Source: Thermoguttaceae bacterium
GTDB taxonomy: Bacteria; Planctomycetota; Planctomycetia; Pirellulales; Thermoguttaceae
Reading direction: 5' to 3'
Assembly (NCBI GenBank): GCA_031549565.1
Contig: JAVBPO010000054.1
Coordinates: 20,322-84,321 of the forward strand
Length of the DNA stretch: 64,000 nucleotides
How positions within the stretch are numbered: the stretch's first letter is position 1; each line of letters begins with the position of its first letter. The translations under genes were made by a program, and so were the position numbers. Below the pieces are notes generated by a model that was given only the letters and a program-made list of their open reading frames with translations, had not been told where the DNA came from and did not search any database. This document shows positions 9,034 to 19,500 of this stretch, piece after piece.

Positions 9034-10737
9034 GTACAACGACATATACCGATACGGCGCTTCCAGGATCATGATCGCGAATGATGTGTTCAACAGGCGT
9101 CCGCCGGTGTCGCAGTACGGGTCCGGAAAAAACCAGCTTCCGCTTTCGTGTCCTCCCTGGTCCTGCGTTTGAACCAAAAAATCCCGCAGGTCCGGATACC
9201 ATCTCGTCCAACCGGAGCCGCCGTAATGCTTCATCGCGAGCGTTCCGTAATAGGCGTAGTATAAATTACAGTGCCCCCGGCCCGACCGGGACTTTGTCTC
9301 CGATTTCAATCCGCCCCAGCCGTCCAACATCCGGATTCCTCCATCCAACGGTTCGAAGCCGGGTTTCGCTCCCAAGTACATCCTCAATAATAATCCGATT
9401 GCGGTACATGTATAGGGCGAATCGTCGTACCTTCCCACGGATTCCTTGGAATCGAGCTCTTTCTTGTACGGAAAGCGAACCGGCAAATAGTTATACTGTT
9501 GACCTCCGTCATATTGGGTGGAATCGAGAAACAATTCCGCTCGGGACAACGTTGTCGATTTGACCTCCAAACCGGAGAGCATCGCGCTTTTGAGCGAGAG
9601 CATCTGCCAACCGCTGACCGACAGGTCGCCCGGCGCTTCTCCCTGTCGATACCGCCAACCGCCGACGAACCGCCCTTGCTGTACCTGCGCCGCTTCAATG
9701 TATCGCACCGCGTTCTGGGCGGCGTCCCGAAGCTTGGTTTCAAACTCTTTGTTTCCTTTGCCCCGGGTCATTCCATACGCTTCGCACAACGCAAGGGTTG
9801 CGATTCCCTGGGTATACATTCCCTGTGAGGTTTGCTGTGTCAAATCGTTTCCGAGCGACATTTCAACGCTGTTTCGCGAATCGAGCAGGAACCGCAGTCC
9901 CTTCTCGACGACCCGTTTGTATTGTCCGTCCAAATGCGTGTACCCCGCCCCGAGGAACGGCAACAGCGCGATCGCGGTCGCCGCGTTGCGGCTCGGATGC
10001 TTTCCCGGATGGGAGCAAAGGTTTCTTTTTCCACAGTTTCCTAAATGAAAACTCCACCCGCCGTCGGAATCCTGATGAATCGCGAGCCAACGGAGTCCGG
10101 CTTCGACCGTTTTCTCGCTCATTTCGGTCGGATCTCCCGCTCCGCCCCGCCTTCCGCGATTCGCTTCGGACCGGCTTTCGGCGAATCCTCCGCCGCCCCT
10201 CATCGCCTGGGTCGGATCCCCGCCGCCCGTCGCCGCTTCTCCGCCCAAAGTTGCCGTTGTCGTCGTTTGTTCGGTCGGTTCGCTGCTGTTCGATTCCTGG
10301 ATTTCGTCCGAATGGTGCAACTCCGTGATGCTCGTCGAATCATCCGGAACGATCAACAGCTCGTTCGGGTTGACCGAAGGCGTGCTTTCCTCAAGGCTCG
10401 CGATCAAACCGTCGCCGTCGTCGATTCCGTCCTCCAGGGTGGAAAACCCGCCGACCAAAAGTCCTTGCGGCAGTTGTGCCGGTCGGTACACCAACAGGGC
10501 TAGCGACATCAGCAGGAAAAAGTGAAACGCGAAGCTGCTCCACGTCCCGACCATTTCTTCCCGAGCCAACCACACCAACCACGCGTACAGGAGTTGGGCG
10601 AATGTTTTTTTTTCGTTCTTTCGAGGGGGATTTTTCTGCGCTTCGGTCAGGATCGGCGGAACGACCGGCGTTTCCTCGCCGAGCGACGGTGGTTTTCCTC
10701 GACTTTCATGCGATATTTTCACAGTGTACTCCGGCAC
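9025..10737 (-). CDS. Membrane-anchored prenyltransferase/squalene-oxidase-repeat (terpenoid-cyclase fold) protein
   Basis: 570-aa ORF with N-terminal TM 'WSSFAFHFFLLMSLALLVY' and a low-complexity linker. Then 'AGLRWLAIHQDSDGGWSF', 'GRFVGGWRY' and 'HESGSWFF' repeat motifs. Confidence 0.8.
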   Translation of the reverse strand: MPEYTVKISHESRGKPPSLGEETPVVPPILTEAQKNPPRKNEKKTFAQLLYAWLVWLAREEMVGTWSSFAFHFFLLMSLALLVYRPAQLPQGLLVGGFSTLEDGIDDGDGLIASLEESTPSVNPNELLIVPDDSTSITELHHSDEIQESNSSEPTEQTTTTATLGGEAATGGGDPTQAMRGGGGFAESRSEANRGRRGGAGDPTEMSEKTVEAGLRWLAIHQDSDGGWSFHLGNCGKRNLCSHPGKHPSRNAATAIALLPFLGAGYTHLDGQYKRVVEKGLRFLLDSRNSVEMSLGNDLTQQTSQGMYTQGIATLALCEAYGMTRGKGNKEFETKLRDAAQNAVRYIEAAQVQQGRFVGGWRYRQGEAPGDLSVSGWQMLSLKSAMLSGLEVKSTTLSRAELFLDSTQYDGGQQYNYLPVRFPYKKELDSKESVGRYDDSPYTCTAIGLLLRMYLGAKPGFEPLDGGIRMLDGWGGLKSETKSRSGRGHCNLYYAYYGTLAMKHYGGSGWTRWYPDLRDFLVQTQDQGGHESGSWFFPDPYCDTGGRLLNTSFAIMILEAPYRYMSLYGE

Positions 10738-10972
10738 CTATGGTGCTCGGGCTAAACGGGGGGCGTCGGGTATTATCGTTATTCTATGGGCTCAACCTTG
10801 GTTGAATCTCCCGATGTGCCAAATATACCGATCCTCCCTTTTAGCCGGTACTCCGCTTCAGCAAAAGAAAATATTTGCTCCATTTGACCGAAGGAAGAGA
10901 GCGAATATAATTGGAGTTGGACTTTTTCGTTTTCGCACAATCCGCTGAATTTTCTCATTTTTCCGCCGTTCC

Positions 10973-12268
10973 ATGAAGACGCCCCCCCACGACTTGGATG
11001 AAGGAACGATTCGTCGTATCGATTGGCAGGAGCTTTGCCCGGCCGTGCTGTTGCCGCAAGCGGTTTCCATTGCGACCGGTTTTCGCGTTCTCTGGGTCGC
11101 CTCGCTCGGCGTTTTACTGACCCTGTTTCTCGGATTCCTCCTCAACGGAATCACGTCCAAGCTTGCTCAAAAGGAATTGGAACGACTGGACGCCGCCGTG
11201 GAAAGCGACGACGCCGAGTACGGGAAACTGGCCGTACAATCCCAAGCCGATCAAATCCCGCTCGATTCGCTGACCCGAACGCTCCAGTTCCGTCATCCCG
11301 AAAGAACTCTGGAAAAAGATCGTCCTTTTCTCTTGGAAACATTTCGCCTCCCGACGTTTTCCGAAGCCGCCGGTTCGGTTCTGCTCCCGTGGAAACTGCT
11401 CGGCGATTCGCTTTGCCGCGTTTTTCCTTTGCGTCAAACGTGCTTCGGAAACGGCGTTTCGTTGATCTGGTTCGTCGGCGTTTTCGTGATCTGGGCGCTT
11501 GCTGGAGCGGTTGTTTCGCGGTCGGCCGCCTTGCAGATTACGATCGGCCAATACGCCCGTTGGAGTCAACTGCGAGCTTTCCTGAACTGGCGGTTGCGGT
11601 CGTATTTCGCGGCGGTATTGATCCCGGTCGTCGGGCTCGCTTTTTGCGGCTTTGCGGTGAGTATAGCCGGTTGGTTGACGTTCATTCCGGTCGTCGGTTT
11701 TCTCACGGCTTTGCTTTTTCCGATCGCGCTCTTTTTCGGTTTCTGTTTCGCAATCCTGGGAGTCGGGCTCCTTTTCGGTTGGCCGCTCGCTTTTGCGGCG
11801 GTGAGCGTCGACGGTTCCGACGGGTTTGACGCCGTGAGCCGTTCGTATTCCTACGTGTATCAACGGCCGTTGCAATATCTCGTTTACGCGCTTTTGGCAA
11901 TCGTAATCGGGGCGGTCGGGTTCTTTTTCATTTCGTGGTTCGTCGACTTGGCGCTTGTGCTCGTTGCAAATTGGGGCCGGGTTCCGCTCGTCGATTTCGC
12001 GTCTCTCCCGCAAGCGGAAGGGGAAGTCGTCGCGCCGTCGCTCACGCTTCGAATCCTCTTTTTCTGGTGTTGGTGTTTTCAAATCGTCAAAGTCGGATTC
12101 CTGTTCGGATACTTTTGGGTCAGCACGGCGATCATTTACGTGATTCTCCGCCGCAGCGTCGACGGAACGCCGATCGACGACATTCGATTTCCTCCCCAGG
12201 AATCGCCCACGGTTCAAAAAATCGTACCGGTCAAAACCGACGAGAAGGGGGCTCCGGAAGTCGGGTAA
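10973..12268 (+). CDS. Polytopic integral membrane protein, function unknown
   Basis: 431-aa ORF with more than 6 long hydrophobic segments (e.g. 'VSLIWFVGVFVIWALAGAVV', 'FPIALFFGFCFAILGVGLLFGWPLAFAAV'). No catalytic motif recognised. Confidence 0.75.
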   Translation: MKTPPHDLDEGTIRRIDWQELCPAVLLPQAVSIATGFRVLWVASLGVLLTLFLGFLLNGITSKLAQKELERLDAAVESDDAEYGKLAVQSQADQIPLDSLTRTLQFRHPERTLEKDRPFLLETFRLPTFSEAAGSVLLPWKLLGDSLCRVFPLRQTCFGNGVSLIWFVGVFVIWALAGAVVSRSAALQITIGQYARWSQLRAFLNWRLRSYFAAVLIPVVGLAFCGFAVSIAGWLTFIPVVGFLTALLFPIALFFGFCFAILGVGLLFGWPLAFAAVSVDGSDGFDAVSRSYSYVYQRPLQYLVYALLAIVIGAVGFFFISWFVDLALVLVANWGRVPLVDFASLPQAEGEVVAPSLTLRILFFWCWCFQIVKVGFLFGYFWVSTAIIYVILRRSVDGTPIDDIRFPPQESPTVQKIVPVKTDEKGAPEVG

Positions 12269-12316
12269 ACGTTTTGTTTCGAATCGCGGAGTACCGGCTT
12301 AAAGGGTTTAATATTT

Positions 12317-13345
12317 ATGAGACGGCTATCCACTATCCTCTATTCTCTATCCTCCATTCTACTGCTGTTCCCGACCGTTGCATCTGCCGCGGTTTCGGAA
12401 ACGGAGCTGCGGCAGTCGATCACGCAGGGGCTCGATTGGCTCGCGGCGAAGCAGTCGAGCCGTGGTTCCTGGGAAGCGTCGGACTCCGCGTACCCCTGCG
12501 CCATGACCGGCATGGCCGGGATCGCGCTGCTTTGCGAGGGATCGACGCCAACGCAGGGTAAGTATTCCGAAAATGTGCGAAAAGCGGTCGAATTTCTCCT
12601 GTCCCGCAGCCGGACGAACGGTTTGATCGGCGACCCGAAGTCGGATGATCGGTACACCTACGGACATGGATTCGGGATGTTGTTCCTCTCACAGGTCGTC
12701 GGAGAAGAAGAGTTCGCGGACCATCGTCAGGAAATTATCGACGTGCTCACGCGGGCGGTCGAGTTCACCGGCAAAGCCCAGACTCGGGAAGGGGGATGGG
12801 GCTACGTCAGCGCGGCGGACGGGAGTAATTTCGACGAAGGTTCGACGACGATCACGCAAGTTCAAGCGCTCAGAGGGTGTCGCAACGCCGGGATTCCGGT
12901 TCCGAAAGAGATCGTGGACAAGGCGATTCGATACATTCATCGCTGTTCCATTCAAGGTGGGGCCGGCGGTGTACAGTATAATATCGGCGGCGGGGGGGGG
13001 AGACCGCCGATCAGCGCGGCCGCGATTGCCTGTCTGTACAACGCCGGCGAATACGATGATTCCTACGTCCCGAAACTGTTGACCTACTGCGACAAAACGT
13101 TACAGATCGGCGAACGGGACGACGGGCATTGGCACTACGCCCACTACTATTTCGCCCAGGTCAAATACCGGCAAGGGGGCAAAGAGTGGGAAAACTACCG
13201 GGACAAAATCTACCGGAAGCTCATCAACGAAGCCGCATCCGACGGAAGTTGGTCGCAAGGATACATCGGAACGGTCTACACGACCGCGATCAACCTGACC
13301 ATCCTCCAACTCGAAAAAGCGGCGCTGCCCATTTATCAGAGGTAA
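12317..13345 (+). CDS. Secreted prenyltransferase/squalene-oxidase-repeat (terpenoid-cyclase fold) protein
   Basis: Signal peptide 'LLLFPTVASAA'. 'GLDWLAAKQSSRGSWEAS', 'TREGGWGYV' and 'SDGSWSQG' belong to the same repeat class as 9025..10737. Confidence 0.8.
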   Translation: MRRLSTILYSLSSILLLFPTVASAAVSETELRQSITQGLDWLAAKQSSRGSWEASDSAYPCAMTGMAGIALLCEGSTPTQGKYSENVRKAVEFLLSRSRTNGLIGDPKSDDRYTYGHGFGMLFLSQVVGEEEFADHRQEIIDVLTRAVEFTGKAQTREGGWGYVSAADGSNFDEGSTTITQVQALRGCRNAGIPVPKEIVDKAIRYIHRCSIQGGAGGVQYNIGGGGGRPPISAAAIACLYNAGEYDDSYVPKLLTYCDKTLQIGERDDGHWHYAHYYFAQVKYRQGGKEWENYRDKIYRKLINEAASDGSWSQGYIGTVYTTAINLTILQLEKAALPIYQR

Positions 13346-13351
13346 ATGGGT

Positions 13352-13425
13352 AAATTACGAATTACATTCATTGTTGAAAACGGAATCAATCCTGAATAGT
13401 AATTCGTAATTTGGAATTAGTAATT
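13352..13425. repeat. Heptamer hairpin (unit GTAATTN) between convergent genes; likely bidirectional terminator
   Basis: AAATTACGAATTAC (13352-13365) is the perfect complement of GTAATTCGTAATTT (13399-13412). Array AGTAATT CGTAATT TGGAATT AGTAATT at 13398-13425. Confidence 0.8.
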
Positions 13426-13429
13426 AGAC

Positions 13430-13702
13430 CTAAAAGTTCCCCGCGTCGGGGGTGGTCGTGTAGGTCGCTCCGCCCATACCGGAGCAGGGGTCCATAGTCG
13501 CGCACGGATCGCAGCAGTTGGGCATCGGGGAACCGGACGTCATCATGTAGGTCGGCATGGGTTGAGCTTCCTGGGCTGCCGGTCGATTGAACGGCCAAAG
13601 TGAACCGCGACGACACCACTCCGAAGGGGGCGAAATCGTACAGCCCAGGGAAAACGACGACACGAACAGGACCAGACACGTGAACAGGACGATTTTTTTC
13701 AT
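13430..13702 (-). CDS. Small Cys/Pro-rich putative lipoprotein
   Basis: Track ORF 13430..13810. Preferred start is MKKIVLF (CAT 13700-13702). Signal peptide with lipobox 'SFSLGC'. Confidence 0.55.
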   Translation of the reverse strand: MKKIVLFTCLVLFVSSFSLGCTISPPSEWCRRGSLWPFNRPAAQEAQPMPTYMMTSGSPMPNCCDPCATMDPCSGMGGATYTTTPDAGNF

Positions 13703-13938
13703 CGGAATGCTCTCTCCATCAGGGGGTGATATCATCGGTTTCTCCGGAAACCGTAAGAACTTCGGGGGTACGGACCGGAAACAGATCGTACAAATCGGAA
13801 CCGGTCCCAAGTCTCGGGAACTCTACACCACGTTTGGTGAAAAGCAAACGAAACCGGATTTTTTTTGCCCTCAATCCTTTGATTGAAACTTCAGTATTCC
13901 ACAAGACCCGATTTACCGGGAAAGTTTAACAGGAACGA

Positions 13939-14029
13939 GTAGCCGGTAGTCGGTAGTCAGTAGTCAGAATGTTCGACATGCGGTTAACTCCCGGTTTCTT
14001 GCTACTGACTACCGGCTACTGACTACTAC
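13939..14029. repeat. Inverted heptamer arrays, unit GTAGTCA
   Basis: GTAGCCG GTAGTCG GTAGTCA GTAGTCA (13939-13966) and CTACTGA CTACCGG CTACTGA CTACTAC (14002-14029). The element ends 8 nt before ATG 14038. Confidence 0.85.
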
Positions 14030-14037
14030 ACCCCCCA

Positions 14038-15399
14038 ATGAGTACTCCCGAACAACGAGACCAGCTTAAGCTTCAGTTGAAATGGGACCCGGAGCCGATT
14101 CGGGCGACCGTGGGTGCGTGCAATGGGTGTGGTTTATGTCGTTCCCGGAGCGATGAGCTGCGCATGTGTCCGATCTTCCGATTCGTCGCGGACGAAACCG
14201 CTTCGCCCCGCGCCAAGGCCAACCTGATGCAAGGGGTTCTCGAAAACAAGCTGGAGCTGGACGCCTTGACCGACTCCGTGATGAAGTCGGTTGCCGACTA
14301 TTGCCTGAACTGCCAAACCTGCCGGGTCGAGTGTCCCGCCGGAGTCGATATTCCTTTCCTCGCATTTCGCGGACGGGCCGCTTATGCGGCGGCGCACGGG
14401 ATGCCGTTTACCGACCTGTTTTTCGCGAAAATCGATTCGATTCTCAAGAGTTTATCCTTTGTCGGATTTCCGCTGAATTTTCTCCTCGCCAACCGTTTGT
14501 TTCGTTGGTTCCTTGAGAAAGCGGTCGGAATTCCACAAGGGCGAAAACTTCCGCGGTTGGCTCATCTTCCGTACTTGTCGCGGATTTCCTGGACACGGCG
14601 ACTCACGCGGCCTCAGCGTCGCGGTGATACGAAAATCGCGCTGCTGGTCGATACTTACGGAAATTATTGCGATACGCGACTGCCCGAGATCGCGGTTAAA
14701 GTGTTGGAGCACCAGGGAATAAACGTCCATGTGCCGCTTCGACAGCAGTGCAGCGGGCTGGCGGCGATTGCCGGCGGACATGCCGACCATGCGCAGCGAA
14801 TATCGCAAAAAAACGTCGCGGTCTTCGCCGACCTCGTCCGGCAAGGGTACAAAATCGTAACACTCGAACCGGCCGCGGCCGTTTGCCTGCAACATGAATA
14901 CCGATTGATTTATCCGGATCCCGATACGGATCTTGTCGCGGAAAATACGACCGATCTGTGCACGCTTCTGGACCGTACGCATCTGGAGGGACGTTTGCGT
15001 TTGAATTTTCAACCGATCCATGCGACCGTCGGGTATCACGCCCCCTGTCGCAGCCTCGTTTTAAGCGGGGAGGACGTTTCTTCGCCGACGCCGGCCGAAC
15101 GACTGCTCCAATTGGTTCCCGGGCTGGACGTTCGCCGTTTGGAACGCGGTTGTTGCGGATTGGCCGGGACGTTCGGATTGAAAAAAACGAACTATCCGAT
15201 GAGCTTGCGGATGGGGGTCCGTTTGTTTTCGGCGATGCGGGACGCGAACATCCAAGCGGGAACGACCGACTGCAGCGCCTGCAAAATCCAGATGGAACAG
15301 GGAACCGCCAAGCCGGTCTTTCATCCGGTCAAAATCCTCGCCGATTCCTACGGACTGGCCGAGGATTTTCGTCTCGGTTTGGAAACAAGCGAAAAGTGA
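14038..15399 (+). CDS. (Fe-S)-binding oxidoreductase with two 4Fe-4S motifs and two CCG domains (GlcF/GlpC/HdrD-like)
   Basis: 'CNGCGLCRS...CP' and 'CLNCQTCRVECP' ferredoxin-type motifs. CCG-domain cysteines 'HAPCRS', 'CCGLAGTFG', 'CSACKIQM'. Confidence 0.85.
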   Translation: MSTPEQRDQLKLQLKWDPEPIRATVGACNGCGLCRSRSDELRMCPIFRFVADETASPRAKANLMQGVLENKLELDALTDSVMKSVADYCLNCQTCRVECPAGVDIPFLAFRGRAAYAAAHGMPFTDLFFAKIDSILKSLSFVGFPLNFLLANRLFRWFLEKAVGIPQGRKLPRLAHLPYLSRISWTRRLTRPQRRGDTKIALLVDTYGNYCDTRLPEIAVKVLEHQGINVHVPLRQQCSGLAAIAGGHADHAQRISQKNVAVFADLVRQGYKIVTLEPAAAVCLQHEYRLIYPDPDTDLVAENTTDLCTLLDRTHLEGRLRLNFQPIHATVGYHAPCRSLVLSGEDVSSPTPAERLLQLVPGLDVRRLERGCCGLAGTFGLKKTNYPMSLRMGVRLFSAMRDANIQAGTTDCSACKIQMEQGTAKPVFHPVKILADSYGLAEDFRLGLETSEK

Positions 15400-15403
15400 C
15401 GCC

Positions 15404-16411
15404 TTACCCGGAAACGATTTGCAACAGGTGTAATTTTTCCGCGGAGATTTGGCGATGTCCCTTGACGCACTCTTCGAATGGCGTCAAGGTCGGTTTGCCC
15501 GCGAGCATTCCGGCCATTTTGCCCGTTTCGCCCTGATGAAGCATTTCGACGGCGAAGCAGCCGAGCTCCGACGCGAGAATCCGGTCCGCCGGGACCGGGC
15601 TTCCGCCGCGTTGCGTATGTCCGAGAACGACGACCCGGGATTCGAACGGGTTCCCCGCTTCCTTGAGTTTTTCCTGGATGTGCATCGCGTCCCCCAGGTC
15701 GTCTCCTTCGGCGACGATCATGATCACCGAGGTCTTGCCGAGCCGCTTGATCCGTTTGAGATTGGCGACCAGGTGATTCACGTCGGTCGGAATTTCCGGT
15801 ACGCAAACCAATTCCGCCCCCGAAGCGATCGCGGTATGCAGCGCGATGTCGCCGCAATGACGCCCCATCACTTCGACGAGAAACATCATGTCGTGCGACC
15901 CGGCGGTATCACGGAGCTTGTCGACCGCGCCGACCGCCGTATCGACCGCCGTCGCGAATCCGATCGTCGCGTCGGTTCCGAGCAGGTCGTTGTCGATCGT
16001 TCCCGGCAGGCCGAGGATTTGTCCGTCCCAGACTTTGCCCAGCTCGATCGCCCCGCTGAGCGTCCCGTTGCCGCCGATGGGAAGCAGCGCTTCGATGCCG
16101 TACTTGCGAAGGATGTCCGCCGCGTCTTTGACACCCTCGGGCGTCGTGAACCGCATACAGCGGCTGCTGTGCAGAACCGTTCCGCCGATTTTGGAGAGGC
16201 CGGAAACCGAACGCATACCGAGTCCGTCGCCGGGGCCGAGCCGTTTTTCAACGTCGGCACGGCCGTAGAATTCCTCGTCGAAGATTCCTTGGTATCCATG
16301 CATGATTCCGACGACTTCATCTTGAGCCCGAACCGCCGAACGTACGATCGCCCTGAGGCACGCATTCATCCCGGGAGCATCCCCGCCGCTGCAAAGCACA
16401 CCGATTTTCAT
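15404..16411 (-). CDS. pfkA: ATP-dependent 6-phosphofructokinase
   Basis: 'MKIGVLCSGGDAPGMNA', 'PIGGNGTLSGA', 'GTIDNDL', 'MGRHCGDIAL', 'GHTQRGG'. Start at MKIGVL (CAT 16409-16411); the track ORF extends to 16609 with non-homologous residues. Confidence 0.92.
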   Translation of the reverse strand: MKIGVLCSGGDAPGMNACLRAIVRSAVRAQDEVVGIMHGYQGIFDEEFYGRADVEKRLGPGDGLGMRSVSGLSKIGGTVLHSSRCMRFTTPEGVKDAADILRKYGIEALLPIGGNGTLSGAIELGKVWDGQILGLPGTIDNDLLGTDATIGFATAVDTAVGAVDKLRDTAGSHDMMFLVEVMGRHCGDIALHTAIASGAELVCVPEIPTDVNHLVANLKRIKRLGKTSVIMIVAEGDDLGDAMHIQEKLKEAGNPFESRVVVLGHTQRGGSPVPADRILASELGCFAVEMLHQGETGKMAGMLAGKPTLTPFEECVKGHRQISAEKLHLLQIVSG

Positions 16412-16541
16412 GGGAAAAAACTTGAAAAGTGGAGAGAGAGATTGGATAAACGTTTTGATTATTATACCATCTCTTCCGTAAAACAACAGAGGCGAAAGCG
16501 TCCCCGGTCGTCGCGGCGTCTCGTCGTCGATTCCCCGAGGT

Positions 16542-19500
16542 CTAAGGTTCGGTTCTCGCGCCGGGGAAAGCGTCCATGTCGGCTTCGGGAGTTTGGAGCA
16601 TGATTTCACGGCCTTTACGGATCGCCTGGAGCATCGTTTGATAGTCGGAATCCTCTTGCGATTCTAACGTGAATTTCGGCAATGCGCGACCGCCGAGCGA
16701 TTTCGGCAAATGAGCCGTGAGCGCCGCGCTTTGCTCCGGACGGCTCAGATTGATCCAAGCGTACCGCCCCTCCCAATCGGTCGTCGTGTCCATCGGTCCG
16801 TGACACTCCGCGCATTTCGCCTTGTAGACGGGGAGAAAACCGCTTCGGAACCAGTCGGCATATTGCCCGGTTTTCGGGTCCGACCAGCGGTCCCGCAGGC
16901 CCGGCGAAAACGGGCGGCTGTTCGCGTAAGTGCCGTAATACGGTACGTTGGCGTCAATCCAGAGGTAGATCCGTTGCCGATCTTCCAACGGAATCGTTTG
17001 CCCGCAATGGTCCGATTCGACGTAATCGGCAAGCCGGCTCGCGAACGAACCGCTCTGGAACGGGCGGTGTACGGCGGTCGGAGTCCAGAGAAGCCAGTAG
17101 AAATGCACGAGCGGCTTTTCTTGCGCCGCGGCCTGTGGCGTCAAGTCGCCGGTCTCCATGTCGTGCTGCCGGTACGAACGGCTCTTGCCGAGCAGATTGT
17201 CGTACGACATGCTGAAAAACCGCGTCTTGTCGCCGGTCAAATCGTAACCGCCGTCCGCCTTTTCGCCGGTGTGGCATGAAACGCAATACTTGTCGAGCAC
17301 CGGTTGTACGACGGACGGATAATCGACGATTCCCGGATCGAGATACGGATTGGTCCGCGCAAGCGTTTTCGTCCACGGGGGAAGTTGCGGCGTTTGCGCG
17401 GAGCGGGCCGCGGCGAGCGGCTGTTTTTGCGTTTGATCGTTTTCTTTCATGATCGGCGGGGCGGTGTCACGCGATTCGTGACACCCGACGCAGCCGAGCG
17501 TTTCGCCCGGCATGAGCTGAACCGCCGACGTCATCCGGTGCAATTCCCGCCCCTGGTCGTCGAGGATCTGGAAATAGATTTCCCGCAGCGCCGGAACCTT
17601 GAAATACGCCGAACCGTCCGCTTCGACCGGGACGGTGCCCCAATCCCGCTTCGCGTAGTACGTTCCGTAACTCATGACCGGCGACTGGTCGAACGCACGG
17701 TTGGTCAAATCTTCCGTTTTACGAATCTGCTCCATGATCCGGAGCGACTTGACCGAGCCGCGTGGTATCACCAACTCGATCCCCTTGTAAACGTCGACCA
17801 GAAGTACGGCGCCCTGCTCCCCTGCGGTCGGGCCGACGCCACTTTCCAGATCGTTCGCTTTCGGAGCGACTTGCATCGGTTTCGGTTGCGCAAGGAGTGG
17901 GATCGGAAAAAAACAACTCATTGCGGCGTCTTCGTACAGGAGTCGCTTTTCCCCGTCGCGATTGAGCAGGAAAACGCGGAATCGCGGATCGTGATTCGAA
18001 TCGAACACGGTCGGCTCCGTCGAGCCGTAGGAACATAAAAACGTTTCCTCCGAAAGCGGAAACGGATCGCGGTAGGACCATTCCCGGGCGTGGTCGGCGA
18101 TCACGGAGAAATCTTTCGTGAGGTACGTGAAACCACGATTCTTTTCCGCTTCGACGCCGAACGAGCGGTCGATCAGCCCGATCGCGCCGTGAGGAAACCC
18201 GTGGTGCGGAGCAAACGTCGCGACGACCTCGTCGGTGCGACCGGGTAGCGGTCGAGCCTGCCAAAACGTCCCGACGTCCCGGATCGTGTTACCGAAAAAG
18301 AGCTGGTAACTCGTACCGTCGGGATTTTGTGTCCATAAACTCTGCCGGTACGTTAAATCACGGTCGATGTATTCCCAACGGGTGAACAAAACGCGACCGT
18401 CGGGAAGCATCTGCGGCGAGAAGTCGGACAGCGTGTTCATACTCACGCAGGTGATATCACTGCCGTCCGGCTTCATCCGAAACAGGTTCGACGACGGACC
18501 CGGTTGGCAAACGGTATGTCCGAATCGCCGGGTCGAAACGAACACGAGGTCTCCGTCGGGAAGTTCGCAGGGGCTTACGTCGTAAAAAGGAGCGTCGGTC
18601 AAGCGGGTCAAACCGGTTCCATCGACGCCGATTTTCCAGAGGTTCCAATGTTTATCGCTCATTTTTCGATAGGAAAAAAAGAGCGTTTTGGCGTCAAAGG
18701 ACAGGTTCATGTCGTAAATGCAACCGTCCGGATCGGCGAAAATCGTGCGCGGCGGCGTTTCCGGATTCGCGGGCTCGACGATTCGGATTTCGCAACCGCT
18801 TTTTCTCGGTTGCGACTGCCAAAGATCGAGCGCAACGGCATACGGCGAACCGAGCGGATACCGCAACAGTACGGCGATCGGCGGCAGTTGCTCCACGGTG
18901 AGCGTTTCCGGATAGGCTCTCGCGGTGTCAACGGATTCGCGGTCTTTCAAATCGAACGGAATCGGCTTGCCGTCGACCCGGAGATTGCGAAACGCGACGC
19001 TCATCGTCCACGGACGGATCCCGATGCTTCCCCGACGAAGCGGGTCGCCCGGGCTCATGTTCGGGTCGGCGAATCCGGCGACTTTCTTCCCGTCGATCGA
19101 AACTTCGAAACCCGTTTCGGTAAACCGCGTTTCGAGTTTGATCCATTGCCCGACCGGAATCTCGTACGGAACGTCGCGAAGATGTTGGAAGTTCTGCCGA
19201 TGCGCCCCGAGAAGCAGAATATTTCGCTCGGGATTCAATGCGATTTCAAGGCCGTTGAAATTGTCGGCCCCGATCCCGCAGTCGGAAACCTTGATGATCA
19301 GCCCGGCAACCCCGGACGACCGTTCGGGAAAATTCAATTCGACGGACGCCGTTCCTTCGCGCAGGTTACGATATTCCGGGTCGGCGAGTACGAGTTTCGG
19401 CCCTTGTCCCGGCTTGGCGAGCAGGGAGCCGTCCTTTTGCGGTAACCAGATTCCGTCGTATTTTTCAAATCGCGCAAACGGCGAATCGCCGACGACCGGT

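Noticed and set aside
8790-9172. Track ORFs translating the heptamer arrays. 8790..9074, 8875..9084 and 8882..9172 give 'LLFVICYLLFVICY...'. 30964..31350 and 31052..31348 give 'HISHFTFHISHFTF...'.
   Set aside because: The peptide periodicity simply mirrors the 7-nt DNA repeat read in three frames. All three frames are open, there is no start context, and the same DNA occurs in other spacers in both orientations.
16412-16609. N-terminal 66-aa extension of the pfkA ORF, which would overlap the 3' end of gene 16542..19604.
   Set aside because: The extension has no similarity to phosphofructokinases. MKIGVLCSGGDAPGMN is the canonical PFK N-terminus, so the start is set at 16411.
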